From assembly GCF_009914755.1 (NCBI RefSeq), contig NC_060926.1: a stretch of 64,000 nucleotides of DNA; one strand, written 5' to 3'. The notes beneath the pieces were generated by a model. That model did no database searches, was not told the origin of the DNA, and worked only from the letters and a program-made list of their open reading frames with translations. Below, piece after piece: positions 38,501 to 52,500 of this stretch. A program made the position numbers and the translations under genes. Positions within the stretch are counted from its first letter, which is position 1, and each line of letters starts with the position of its first letter. The DNA is from the human T2T-CHM13v2.0 reference genome, Homo sapiens.

Positions 38501-40428
38501 GCCCTCATATATTGTCCTGGCATTCTCAGTATTGTCTAGAAGCTTAAAAAGAAAAAAAATCTATGTTTGAATCCCAACGACATTCTGCTAACCCCTTTCT
38601 TCCATTAACTGATATGACTACTTTCTTATTGAAAAATTCATTCTCACTTGAGAGCTGTCGCACGATAAGGAGACTGAACAGAACTGTTAATCCACTCTCT
38701 TCCATCAAGATAAAACATTGAGTTTACAAATGCCTTTAAACTGAGAGGACCAGTGTATTTCAGTGAGCATTGTTATAATTTCTAACTACTGCACTGTCCC
38801 ATCTGAACTTAGAAGTTCAGTCATTAAGTGTCAATTGAAGTGAAAAATTACTGGGACCATGTAGACCTAAATCACACAAAAATAATAAACTTATATCTAG
38901 TTGCTCCTATTGTACTATGCTCTATGGCAAAGACAGAATAACAGCACATTCCTTAAATGTTTCTATGTTGGGTGTGCTCCCTGTGACACACAGCAAAGTT
39001 TCTGGACGGGAAATTCTAAATGTTTTGGGCATGCTTCTGGCCAGAATCAACATGTATAAAATGAGTAGTTTCCCACTTCACCCCAGAGAAAGAGAGAAAC
39101 ACCTGATCTATATTTGGCAACTGTGGTCTGTGGCTTATTTTGCCATAGGAATGATGAAATTGTTTTTGAAAACCAACATTAGTAACTATACCCAAAAGTG
39201 TACTAAAAATGAAACAACTGTAGAGTATATTACAACTTGGTTTCTCTATAAAACTTGAAGCTTTAAGAACTTTGCAAGGCTTACCCTCCAAGGCTTCACA
39301 AAGGAATGTTTCACCCTCCTTCCAAAAGGGCTCATGCAAAATGACTTTGGAGCGCAACATATCCATCCTATGGAGTTACCTGCTCTACTGGAGAAATCAA
39401 GAACCCAACCAACCTTTTTAAACAAAGGAGTAATGTCAGGACTGTTTCTCTAAGCCTGGTATCCTTTGAGAGAGTGGCTTGGAGTTTCACCTTAGCCATC
39501 AAAAAAGGGCTGTGTTCACATCTTGTAAGGACCCCTCCAACTGTATCCCCATCTATTCAAAGTTTATCCATGGCTTATCAACCCCAAACTGAAGAAAGTT
39601 GGCAAATTATGCTGCACTGAAGATAGTAACTTATTTATATCAGCTGGTAGGCATCCTTGCAGGGAATTAAGAAATAAAAAATAAACAGGATAGTTTTCAT
39701 TTAGATGTAGAAGCAATGCTTATGAAATGCTATAAGCAATGTAGCCTTAAAAGGATGCATCACAAATGTTCTCACTGGGATGCTAAGAAAGTATTGCACT
39801 GCAGTGAGATATTTAAGGGAGCCTACACAGATCCAAATTTAAAATGGAGTGTTGATTATAGTCAACAGGCAGAAGAATTGTAAATGCAAAACATTAGATG
39901 TCCCATAGTTGCCTTTTAAAAGCTCTCTGTGCTCTTTCCTTTGCCATATTTTAAGTTGTTATTTTCTTAGGTCACCTATTCCTTTCCCCTCTGGTGCTAA
40001 GTAATGATATTACAGTGCCAACATTGAAAGTGCATGTGTTCCTAAATGCTGACGATAGAAATCTCAGAAATATAAAAAGGATAAAGTATTTATCTCCCCC
40101 TGTAGCTCCAGAAAAATAATATTATTCTGCCTCCTAGACCTAGTTTTGATAAAATGGTGAATGGAAAACATCTATAAAAGTATCAATCTTATACTCACAA
40201 AACGTGGAAAAGTGTAATCTGTTATGGATGTTATGGAAACTGTTCTTGGAAGTGTTATTTGTACAAAGGAGTCTTTTAGGACACCACAGAGTCTTTCAAG
40301 ATTACTGAGTAACAGCTGCAATATAATCTGTTAGACTAAGTTTGTGATTCATATCATTTGTCAATATTTGGAATATTTGCTCTGGTAAAAATATTCAAAT
40401 TAGCATCCTTGTTTCCTAAAATATATAA

Positions 40429-40904
<476 letters not shown>

Positions 40905-42849
40905 GTGATATTTTTAAGTCAGAAGAGCACCTTGAGCATTCCATTTTTCCTCCCTTTATACACAAATGCAACAGTAATACCATGAAGATGTTGAATTCTT
41001 TATTCAAACAAAAAGTTACAGATTATTTGCGTCATTTTAAATCAATCCTAGGACATTCTGAAATACAGTTAAAAAAAGACAAAAATCCTAAGACTATGTA
41101 CTTTTTAATACACAGAGGGAAGATAATCACTGTTAGGTAATAATATATTTAGGGAAGACATACTTAGCACCTTTCTTGAAGCCTGAAATTTGAAGCCTGG
41201 AAGTTCAGAAACTCAAAAAAGAACACAACTTGAATCCCTCTCTCATATTTAACTTGAATTCTCAACACTTATTTGCAAAAACCATGTGCAAATACATGTG
41301 CAAATTAGAAAGCAATGGGGTTAAGTAAGAATCCCAAAGTCACACATCAAGGGAGGAAAGGTAAAATTTTAAGCTGCTAAGTATTAATTTCTGGGTGTGT
41401 GATCCAGCAGCTGCTTCTGAAGGAACACAATTAATTCCATATATGATTTATCTAGTTATTAATGTCTCAGTTCTAACATTAGGAGAAAAAGTTCTAAAAC
41501 ATTACAGAAATAGACACAGTTGAATGAAGAGGAATTCTTTGCTGTGTTACTCAGAATGAGCCTTTTCTAGATCATTTATAATGGCTGTTATTTTATTTTG
41601 TGTTATGTATTTCCAATAGTATAAGGCACAAATATTTGAGTAGCTATGTGTGGGTTCATGCTCAAGAGAAGAGAAATCAATAGGTTTTCTTTCCTATGCA
41701 TTGTTTCTTTCTATCATCTCATTTTACTTTGTATTATATACCCCAAATCAATATGAGCTCTCCTCCCATATAGAGTATCTCAATTTTAACTAAGCATAAC
41801 ATTTCTACAAGCACAGTGCCATAAAGTAGATTCTATCATTTATGTAGTATTCTTGATCCTTTCACAAAATGACATTTTGAAAGAGAAAATTTAGGTGTTT
41901 AATAAGGCAGAGTAAGAAAAGCACTTCAGCCCTCAATCAGAATAAACTTTTAAACAACGATAAAGAAACAATTACTTGTTACTGTAATTTCTTCTTTCTA
42001 GTTAACTACAATGAGAAAAGATATGATTAGCTAAACCAAATCCACATTTCAAGTAATCATGGACAGGAATCAGCTTTCTGGCCAACAAGACAAGAAATGC
42101 AATTCGGTCTTCTGATGTTAATACGACTTTATTGAACCAAACCATCCATTCAGCAGGATGGGAACACACAAAACAGAAAAGGCCCTTTTGGACTGTGCCT
42201 TAGAGTAGGCACCACAGATGCATACAGAAATAATACTGATGTTACGTGCTGCAATTGCATGTGGCTAGTGCTATAATGGAAGAAAGTACCAAGGGAACAG
42301 AAAGGAGAGTGGCATTAATTCTGGGTGGGAGAAATTAGATAAGGTAAGAAAAACTTTAAGCTGATCTTTTTCCCACTACCCTGTCCAAATTATCCCTTCC
42401 TGTTAACAGAAAAATTACTTTAAAAACTACATATTGCTGCAAAAGTAGTAAGCTATTCACTCATCAAGATATAACAACTTGGGATGGCTAAATTGTACAT
42501 TCTTTCATAGTAACTGCCTGCTGATTCAAGTCATAACTCATTAGCATAAAGTTTAACTCTTCCATTGTCTGGCTTTAATCCATCTTACTGTTTTTATGTT
42601 TTACCAAGTCACTTTCCACTTACTATGCTTCGGGAAACTGGAATACCCTAGACACACATAGCCATGTCTCACAACACAGGATGAAGTAGGCATGCTGGTT
42701 TGGGTTTCTTTTTTTTTTAATTGATGTCTTACGAATCAAAAGAATTTGAGAAATAGTTATTTTCTACTTTGTCCTATTAATAGCTTAATAAGAAAGAGTA
42801 CCAAGAGAAAAATTAATAAAACAAATTAAATAATAAGCATAAGAAAACA

Positions 42850-43410
42850 GTAAAAGCTCATTTGCAATAAAATTAATGCAAATCATAAAAGAAGATCCCA
42901 CTTTTACCAAATTTGTGAAGATTTTAAAATAACAATATGAATTATAATGAAAGAAAATATTAGTGAGGTTAAAGTTCAGGAAAATGAACCCTCTCCTACA
43001 ATGCTGCTTATTGTACAAATTAGCAGCATCTTTCTGGAAGACAACTTGGCAATTCTTGTAATTAAAATCCATGAAATGCAAACTCTACTTCTAGTAATGT
43101 AGCCAAAGAGAAGTGTTATGGATACATGCAAAGACTGAAGCATTGCCTATAATATAGAGCAACTGAAAACAATGTAAATGCCCAACAACAAAAAATAAAT
43201 TATGTCATATTTGTATATGGAAATGTTACCCATACATTTAAAAAGACAAATATTTATTGACATGCAAAAATGTTCATTTATATTGTTAAAATTTAAAAAA
43301 AGAACTTATTACAAAACAGCATTATCACATTTTTGTAAAAAAACTATATACGGTATTTAAAATGGGTACGTTAAATTGAAAGTTTTATTTTTGCATATTT
43401 ATACTTACTA
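42850..43410 (+). mobile_element. L1ME 3' fragment
   Basis: ttgtacaaattagcagcatctttctggaagacaacttggcaat, and aactgaaaacaatgtaaatgcccaaca. Confidence 0.6.
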
Positions 43411-43419
43411 AATTCTACA

Positions 43420-45150
43420 CGTTTCACTCATCTATTCATTACTCAAAGTATTAAGGATATACAATGAAATGAAAATATGCTGACAGTATTTCTCCCATCA
43501 TGGAGCTTACATTCTAGTGAATGGAGGTAAGCAATGAACATATAAATAAATGGGAACATATATTATTTTTGTAAAGCAGTTTCTAAAGATTTGTTTGTAA
43601 AAGTTGATAAGGAACAAAGCAAATATTATAGCATTTAAGATTTGGAAACATTTCAATAGAAGTCATGTGTAAGAGGATATGCTCATTGTCTTCATTTTTT
43701 TCTGTTCCAATATGGTAGAAGATGTTTTTGAGACCTAAAATACATGTGTAAAAAAATCAATTTGGTAGACATTTTCTTCCATAGGCATACATGGAAGTAC
43801 ATATGGGACAGTGTACACCTATTGGCCAAGAAAGAGAAGACTTAGCATTATCCTAATTCTTACCTGCCAAGTACCCTTGGGCAAGCCAGTTGACCTCTTT
43901 GTGCCTCAGATTCTTCATCTGATAAAGAAATAATTATGTTTCAAATATACTCTGAAGAGTTCAAATAAATTATACCCAAAGACAAAGTACTCTTAAAAGA
44001 TATTCTAATGTATGCAAATGCATGTGTTCTTGACAAAAAATCCTTGCTAAAAGCAACTTAACAAAAATAACAATACTAATAGTAGCTACCATTACTTGAA
44101 AACCTATAAGCTACACACCATGCTAGACGTTTTAATTATATGATGGCTTTTAAACATCCTGACAATTGTTTGAGTCAGGTATTACTATTCTAATTTTACA
44201 GGTGAGAGAAACAAGAGTCAAAGAAGTTAAATCATGTCTTCACAATGAAACAGCTAATAAATGACAGAACCCAGATCTATAGACCTTTAAAACTCATTAC
44301 GTTCCTTTTATGTGTCCTCATGCTTCAGAATTTCCTAAATTTTACAAAAATTGTGTTAAAATAAGGAAATCCTAAATGTTAATGTGAAAGTATCATTTTA
44401 GTCTTCTAACTTACCCAATCTTGGTGATGTGAGATGAAAATTAAATGATTAGCAGGTTAAAATAGAAAAAAGTAAAAGAAAAAAATTACATAAGTTGAAA
44501 AGTATAAACACTTTGTACCCTGCTGTATATTTATGATAGAAATTTTACTTTTTAGTACTTCACAAAATTGGAATGCTTCAGAGAAATGGCCTTTTCCCAA
44601 ATAAATTCTCCAATCCCAAACCTACACACGACGAAAGCATTCAACTAGAAGAGGCTGTCTAACACTGAGGGCTTGGTACAGTTTTGGAAAAAGTGAGGAT
44701 ACCTGGCTTCTAATCCCAGTAATTCTACTTTATTGGGTAATATGGCGTTGGTCAAACCATGTACTCTTCGGGTCTCAGACACCTACCTCAAATCTGAAAT
44801 TGACTTCAAAAGGCTGGAAGCAGGTGCTCATAAATCCATAAATATACATGGCTTTTAAACATCTGGAGTTTTATACCAATGTCAAGGATAATTGTTACTA
44901 GTGTCCTGAGGTCATTAGGAGAAGACAGAGCTCTGCCTCCAAAAAGTGATAAAAAGTGTACTCACTCACATCAGAAAGTATAACAAGAGGAACCACACAC
45001 ACACACACTGGCACACACATACACACACACACACACTCACGAAAGGCATGGTCAGTTTTGGTAACGTGAATCCAGCTATCCAGATCCTAATGAAGGTAAG
45101 CAGGATATCTGGGCTCCTGACTCAGTCCCCATCCTCTTACCCCAGCACTA
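43420..45150. mobile_element. L2 fragment and a cluster of MIRs
   Basis: catggagcttacattctagtg (L2), cccttgggcaagccagttgacctctttgtgcctcagattcttcatctg (MIR +), and attattctaattttacaggtgagagaaac-like (MIR -). Confidence 0.65.
44994..45040. repeat. Interrupted (CA)n microsatellite
   Basis: Directly visible. It explains the HTHTH ORF. Confidence 0.95.
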
Positions 45151-46179
45151 TTCAGAAAGATTTTACAGTACTGTACTTTGATATAGTTGTGTTAACCACG
45201 GGGGACTATCCAATGGCTTTGTAAAAAGCTTTTAGACTGATGATTAAAAGTTAGGCAGAACATAAAAGAAAGTGCCTTCTGCATCACCACTTGTTTAATG
45301 CCCACTAGACAGATTTCTCCATTGGGCCTGCTTTATCCAGAAGAAGGCACCAGAAAACTAATTTATTAAAAAGGGGCCTTCTGGTTCAAGGCTGAGGCAA
45401 CGTTTCTTATGATTAATATATCATCCTCACAAAAGCATGGCCCAGGGTGTTTTTATGTCACTGATTACCAAAGAAAGTTAATGTTCTTTATTTTAGTTCT
45501 TTAAATGGACTTTAATTTTAAAAGTATTTTATTTTCTTCTGCTTCATTATTTTTATGTTTTTTTAAACAATAATGGTATATATTTTAGTAATATGAGTTT
45601 TGATTCTTTCATATTATTGGTAATATAATTAGTAAAATTTTAAATAGGAACTTCAGTCAGAAATATGATTTCTACAAGAGCAGAATTGTGTAGTAAGTAC
45701 TTTAAAACAAAATATTATTATATATAATAGAATCTTATTGTTTGTTTCAATTATAGAAATGAATAATTATAAATAAGACCAAACTTAGATGAATAAAACC
45801 AGAAAATAAAAGTATTTCAAACAGCTTAAACTCTTTTAGGGTCATATAAACATATGATCCTATTAAATGCTTTCATTAAACAATGTTATTAACAATTTTA
45901 TTAAGTTGAGCTCATGTTAACTTGCTTTTTAAAAATGTTCCTAGGTATGTCCCTTTTGATCAAGTTATAGTTAAAAGTCTCTTATGAATAAAATGGAAAT
46001 GATAGTATTTACTTCATAGGGAAGAAAGAGTGCCTAATTGCCTGGTAGACAGCAAGGTCAATATTAGCGAGGGCTCTTTAATTAAGCTGTACTTTTAAAA
46101 ATTAATTTACATTCTGCTTTCCATTCCAAATTTGCCATTGTTACAAATGCAAAACCATTTTAGCACTTCCCAAAGGAAG

Positions 46180-47580
46180 ATTTTCAAAGTTTCAATAAAT
46201 ACACGAAAAAAGGTTTAAAATCATCAGTCATCAGAAAATGCAAATTAAAAATTCCAATTAAATGGAAATGTAAAATTTTCCAATTAAAAATTCACTTCAG
46301 CTGCTCTTGAGAGTGTAACTTCTACTACACTCTCAAGAATAGCTAAAGTGAAAACAAATGTTGGAGAGGATGTAGAGCAACTGGAACTCACAAACATTGC
46401 TGGTGGAATGTAAAATAGTACAACCTCTTTGTAAACCTGTCTTGCAGTTTATTAGAAACGTTAAACATAAATCTACCCTGTGACTCTGCAAGAAATGAAA
46501 ACATATGTCCACCAAAGGCCCTGTACAAAAAGGTTGATAGCAGCTTGTTAATTAGAGCCATCATCTGGTGCATAGATAAACTGTGGTATAGTCACACAAT
46601 GGAAAACTATTCAACAATAGAAAGGAATTGGTGATTGATACATACAATATGGATACATTTTTAAAATAAGTATATACTGTATAATTCCATTTAGATACAA
46701 TTCTAGAGTATACAAAAGTAACCTATGCTGATAGAAATCAGATCAGTGGTTTCCTCCCTGCTGTGCATTATATGTGAGTCCAAGGAGGGAGAGGAGAGTG
46801 GTGGGTTCTTTCTTTTCATTTTCGGAATTGCCAGAAGTTTGTAATTTTGGGGAGTGGGAGGTGGGGTGGAGGCAAATTGATGGATCTTTTCATAGTAATG
46901 GTTTTGTTTGTTTGTTTTTGTGCATGAAGACTTTGTTACCTTTATTAGTTTTTTCCTTTCTAGTATTTGTGGCTTATCATATTGGTCATTTTTGTTAGTT
47001 TCATTCTTTATCATTTTAACATATTATTCTAATGTACATTTTCCTTTTAGTACCATCTTTGGCAGCATTTCCTATAGTCTGTTCTTTATTATGACTTATT
47101 GCCAAACAGTTTATAATTTCAATGTGGTTTCTTCTTTTAACCAGGAGCTATTTGAAAACATTGTTGTTGCTGTATTCTTATATCTATTTAACTTTCTAAT
47201 CTTCTTTGGTTGCCCTTTTAAGTTTTACTATATTGTGATCAATCAATTTGACCTAAATAATTTCCAGTTTTTGAAATATATTGAGATTTTCTTTGAGGCT
47301 TAACATATGTTCAACTTCTATACATGTTCCATAGGTGTTTGAAAGAATGTATATCATCTACATATATACTTATTTAAACAAGTTTAGTAATTATTGATCA
47401 GATGCTCTAAAACCTTATGTATATTTTACCTGTCTGGGTCTCCTTTTTATTGTATATGTAAGAGTGTTTTATATTTTAATTGTATATTGCTTGATGAATA
47501 AAAATTTAAGTCTGCTACATCTTATTGGTAGTTAGTATATTTTATTGATGTAAAATATGTCTCTTTGCCTCATTTAAATC
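46180..47580. mobile_element. Old L1 fragments: sense 3' end (46180-46790) and an antisense piece (about 46900-47580)
   Basis: gttggagaggatgtagagcaactggaactc...acatatgtccaccaaag, and gttccataggtgtttgaaagaatgtatat (antisense). Confidence 0.65.
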
Positions 47581-49504
47581 CATGTGAGAATAGAAACCAC
47601 CCAAAGTCACACAGATTAATAGGATTAAAATTAAGATTGTTTTCATAATATTATTATTTGACTGCATGCATTAACATTACTGTTCCAGTGTGTCCAAAAA
47701 AAGTTGCCCAAATGTTTTAAAGTAACTTATTTCCAGTGCAACTATGCCTTTGAAAAATATATAAAATGATAATCTTACACAATTGCCTACATTCAATGTC
47801 AAGAAATAAAACTAAGGGGCTGACTTTATTCCTAAAGTTATGAAGTTGAAAACTGAATTTCAAGGATAATTCTGATTTCATATTTTATAAAACAGGAAAA
47901 CACCACCGTGGAGAACAAGACTTATTATTAAACTTCACTCTGTTTTATTCTCTGGCCTTAATACATTATGTGCCTCCTGTCTTGATCATCATTAAAAGAA
48001 AATTACTCAGGGTTTTGACTTGGAACAAACCCCATCCACTGGTAGCTTTAAGTAAAGATGGAGCTCCTCTACAAAGAATTATTGCTCAATTACCCTGGTA
48101 ATTGCCCCAAGGACCTTCTTGATTTATACCTGACCCTATACTGAGTTTGTTTGGAGTTCCTGTGGTAAAAACAGTTCTCACCGTTGCAACTGGCTTCTGC
48201 CTTTGTCTGTGTCCATTTCAAATTATAATTTCCTTTATCAATCTGGTCCTACCTGCTGTCTATAACTTAAAAATTATGCAAAATATCTGGTATACTTACA
48301 GAATCCTTTCTTGCTTTTCAGCACTGTTATAGAATACACACACGCACACACACACAATTTCAAAAGGACCATAGGAACTTAGGAAGGAGCTAGATCTTGG
48401 GAGGAAGCTGAGTAGGATCAACATACTGGCTAAGTCAAGGATACACCATTCACATTATGTTGGCCTTGCTTTTCATTGGATTGTACAAAACAGGGCCTCA
48501 CAGGAAGAAAACATGCATGCTCAGTCTGCCATCTTGAACCTGAAGTATCAATCGCCCACTGAGATTTTAAATAGGCCTTTCTTGCTCCTTTGTACTGGTT
48601 ATAATTGGTTTAGAAATCACAAAAAAAATTAGGATTGGTTATTTAAAATGTGTATCCCTCTGGCATCTGTGTTCTATGTGAGATCAGCCAAAAACTTTTG
48701 TAAATTAATAATCCAAAATATCCTCCAGACACAATGAAATTAAAAGAAGGATATTACCAGTTTCCCCAGATGGGGAAAAAAGAGATTGTGAGGTTAAAGC
48801 CAAACAATTAAAATCCTCAAAATGTTCCCAGTGTATTTGCATTTGCTTGTTGATTGCTTTTATCATACAATAAAACTAAAGACTTTCTGCAACCAAATGC
48901 AGTAGAAAACAATCTTTACTGAGGAAAAAAATTAAAATATGAATTGCTTTTTGTAGGAAAGACTTGTTGAAACATTTTGTAATTTCTAACTTGAATTGAC
49001 TGAGGCCCACAGAGACATGAAGGCAACCTTTGCAAAATGTATTAAAAGTAACAACAGGACTTACTCTGTACTTTGCTAAAATATTAGTTAATTCAAAGTG
49101 CATAATAATCACTTACAAATGGATGCATATACATCTACAAAATCAAAGCAAAACATCTCTTCCAGAGATTTTTTTCTAGTGTTTTAACAGGACAGCATGG
49201 CAAAATAATATTTCCAGTACATCTTAAAATTAAAATAAACATCTACATTACCTAGAACCTCAGAGAAAAGTATTCATTATAATAAAATAAATATACCATA
49301 ATTTCATAAATGTGAACCCATATGTGTTCATAGAACCAGCAGCAAAATTTTGTCTTCATGACACCCACTAATTGTAAGATAAGTACCAAATTATTTCCAT
49401 TAGTATTCAAGGTTCTTTGAATTCCAGCCTCCACCTCTTCTGCCTCTATTGTCTCTCATTACTTTCCATATAAATAAATTCTTAAATCTAGGAAACTATT
49501 TTCC

Positions 49505-50080
49505 GTGCTCATTCATGGGTTTATTCATTTAGTAAATATTCATTAAGCCCCTACCAAGTATCAAGCACAGTTTTAGGCACTGGAGACACACCAGTGAAAT
49601 GACAGACAAAAATTACCGTTCTTGTGAAACTTATGTTCTTTAGAGGACAGGAGGAGACAGATATGAAAGCATAAATTATGCATATATAGGTGTATATGTT
49701 TATATAGTGTAAATTATAGGTAAAAGTGAAGGATAATGGAAAAATTTGACCAGAGTAAGCATCCAGGGGTGATGGGGGAGTTGCAACTAATCCAGCTCAA
49801 GCCGTTGGCTCCCATTGAAACTCTTCCCAGTTTCTCCGACCTATGGTGACCTTCCCATCCTGTGAACAAGTGTAGTACTACCTGACAATCTGTAGCCTTC
49901 AACTGACTTTTCTGGCACATTATCTTGTACTGTAATAGGCAGTAAATCTGAAACAGCGGAATTGGAGAGAGAAGTCCAGCAATGTAGTTTTGACTCTGTC
50001 ACTTGGTAAATTATGTAACCTGTAATTTTTTAAAGGAGGGGTTTGACTATATGGTTATCTTAATATCTTTTGAACTGGAA
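49505..50080. mobile_element. L2 3' end (antisense, 49505-49780) and MIR
   Basis: ttattcatttagtaaatattcattaagcccctaccaagtatcaagcacagttttaggcactggaga. Confidence 0.7.
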
Positions 50081-50258
50081 ATATCATAATTTTTATGTGT
50101 ATGTTTTTCTGCCCCCATCAATTTTGCAATAAGCATATGTCTTTTATATATATTCTTTTTAGAACCATCCATATGTTTAATATGTAATAAATGTGTATTT
50201 ATCTTAATTGGTTTGCTGGTAAAATCATTTTCAGTCTCATTATCAAAACATCATTCAA

Positions 50259-50572
<314 letters not shown>

Positions 50573-50864
50573 TCAGTCATACACCAGTCTTTCCATTGGC
50601 TGCAAATATTTTGTGAAGGAATGTTCTCTCTCTAGTCTCTGAGTAAGGTATAGGTTTTAAAAGAACTTAAGTTCAAGAAATCATGGTTCTCAAGCCCTGT
50701 CACTAATGTGCCATGAATACAGATGTTTTGTTTAAAAAGCATTTGATCCTCTCTAGGAAAATCTGCCCCTGCAAAGTTTCCATGTCATTTTTAGTTTGTA
50801 TTGCCACAAAATCACTCCCAGTAACTATTCAATCAAAAAAAAATTTGCAAAAGCAATTATTCCA

Positions 50865-51809
50865 AACTAGACAGTTTAGAGCTCCCAAGATTCTGTGCCC
50901 CTTGTCTTCAGCTACCAGGGTGGATATGGAAGACCCAGAAGGTGGAGGCAGGGTTAGGCGTGTCTGAGCTCAGACTGTCCTTGTGTGGGTCTTGCTGTGA
51001 ATGCTGTGGGGGTTGGGGTGAGCTTCCCTGGTCAATGGAGTTGTGTACCTAGGAGGATTATGGCTGCCTCTGCTGAGTCATGCAGATTGTCAAGGAAATG
51101 GGGGATAATCAGCAGCCACAGATCTCCCCCCAGCTCCCATGCAAATCAAAGAACTGGTCTCACTCCCATCATGACCCCCTCAACAGCCCTGAGTCTGTTT
51201 CCAGGCAGTGGGCAGGCTGGTCTTGAGAACTTGCCCCAGGCTACCTGCCTCCCAGCTGCGAAAGACAAGGGCTTGATTCCTCCCCCACCTGTGGAGGTTG
51301 CACACCGGATTCAGCTTCTTGCCCAGTTCAAATTGTTACAAAGTTCAGCTGGAGACCTTCTTCCCTGTGGTGATTTCCCCCTACTCCTCTGGCTGCCTCC
51401 CAGAGGATCCCTGTGGTGCCAGGCAGGAATGACTTGCTTGGGAACCCAGCGAGATCCCACCTGCTGCTTCCTCCCTGTATTTTGCTTGGCCCTCTAAATT
51501 GACTCAGCTCCAGGTAAGGTCAGAAACCTCTCCCACAAACAGACCTTCAGTTTCTCCAGTGGGGGTGTGTGTTCAGGAGAGGAGGATCTCCCTTTCCCGC
51601 TTCCGCAGTTGGGTCACTCACAGTATTTGGGGTGTCTCCTGGGTGTTGCAGGAACAGTCCGCTTTTTTCAGAGGGTCTGTGGGTCCTCTCAGGATTGCTG
51701 GTTTGTTCTTGAAGTTTATCTGGAGCTAAAATTCACAATGCGAGCCTCCGCACGCTGCTCTGAGTCAGAGCTGCAATCTAATCCTGCCTCCTGTCTGCCA
51801 CGATGATCG
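50865..51809 (-). mobile_element. L1PB/L1PBa 5'UTR-only fragment
   Basis: The minus strand starts gatcatcgtggcagacaggaggcaggattagattgcagctc (L1PB-type 5' terminus). It is GC-rich, flanked by attcca direct repeats, and has no poly(A). Confidence 0.75.
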
Positions 51810-52178
51810 ATTCCACAAAGAAAATTCTAAGTCCACGCAGCTTAAGTTCTGTCAAACATTTAAAAAAAAATACTGAATAAAGGAAGAGTGAATACTTATA
51901 CCTCATAGTATGTGGTCACCATTACTCTGATACTAAAACCAAGGATATTATTAAAAAATAAAACTACAGACCAATATGTCTCCTAATCATACATTCAAAA
52001 ATCCTTAACACGGTATAAGCAAATTAAGTCCAGCAATTTATAAGAAGGGTAATGCACCATGACCAAGTGGGGTTTATATGATGAATGCAAAGTGAATTTA
52101 AAACGTAAAAAATAACCAGTATCATTCACCATATTAATAAAAATATATGATCTCATTAAAGTACAAAAAAGCATTTGA

Positions 52179-52500
52179 GGCTGGATGTGGTGACTCATGG
52201 CTGCAATCTCATCACTTTGGGAAGCCGAGCAGGGTGGATTGCTTGAGCCCAAGACTTTGAGGCCAGGCTTGGCAACATAAAGAGAAACCCATCTCTACAA
52301 AAAATTTTAAAAATTAGCCAGGCATGGTGGTGCATGACTGTGTCCCAGCTACTTGGGAACAGGTGAAGGCAAGAGGATTGCGTGAGGCCCAGATTTCAAG
52401 GCTGCAGTAAGCTATGATCAAATTATTGCATCACTGCACTCCAGCCTGGATGACAGAGTGAGACCTTGTCAAAAAAACAACAACAACAACAACAAAAAAA
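52179..52500 (+). mobile_element. AluJ with a (CAA)n tail
   Basis: J-type diagnostics (ggattgcttgagccc, aaggctgcagtaagctatgat). The degenerate TSD is aaaaaagcatttga / aaaaaaccacttga. Confidence 0.88.

Noticed and set aside
42119-42128. taatacgact, the start of the T7 promoter
   Set aside because: Only 10 nt match and it does not continue as CACTATAG. No other vector sequence is present.
49059-49080. Third minus-strand AG...GTAAGT mini-exon (11 nt)
   Set aside because: It is not a multiple of 3 and lies only about 40 nt from the 18-nt candidate's donor, too short an intron. It also shows that such patterns can arise by chance.
50985-51806. 170-aa ORF here and the 180-aa minus ORF at 55171-55713 as novel proteins or L1 ORF0
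   Set aside because: They are stop-poor frames in GC-rich L1 5'UTRs, with no recognisable ORF0 or other family similarity.
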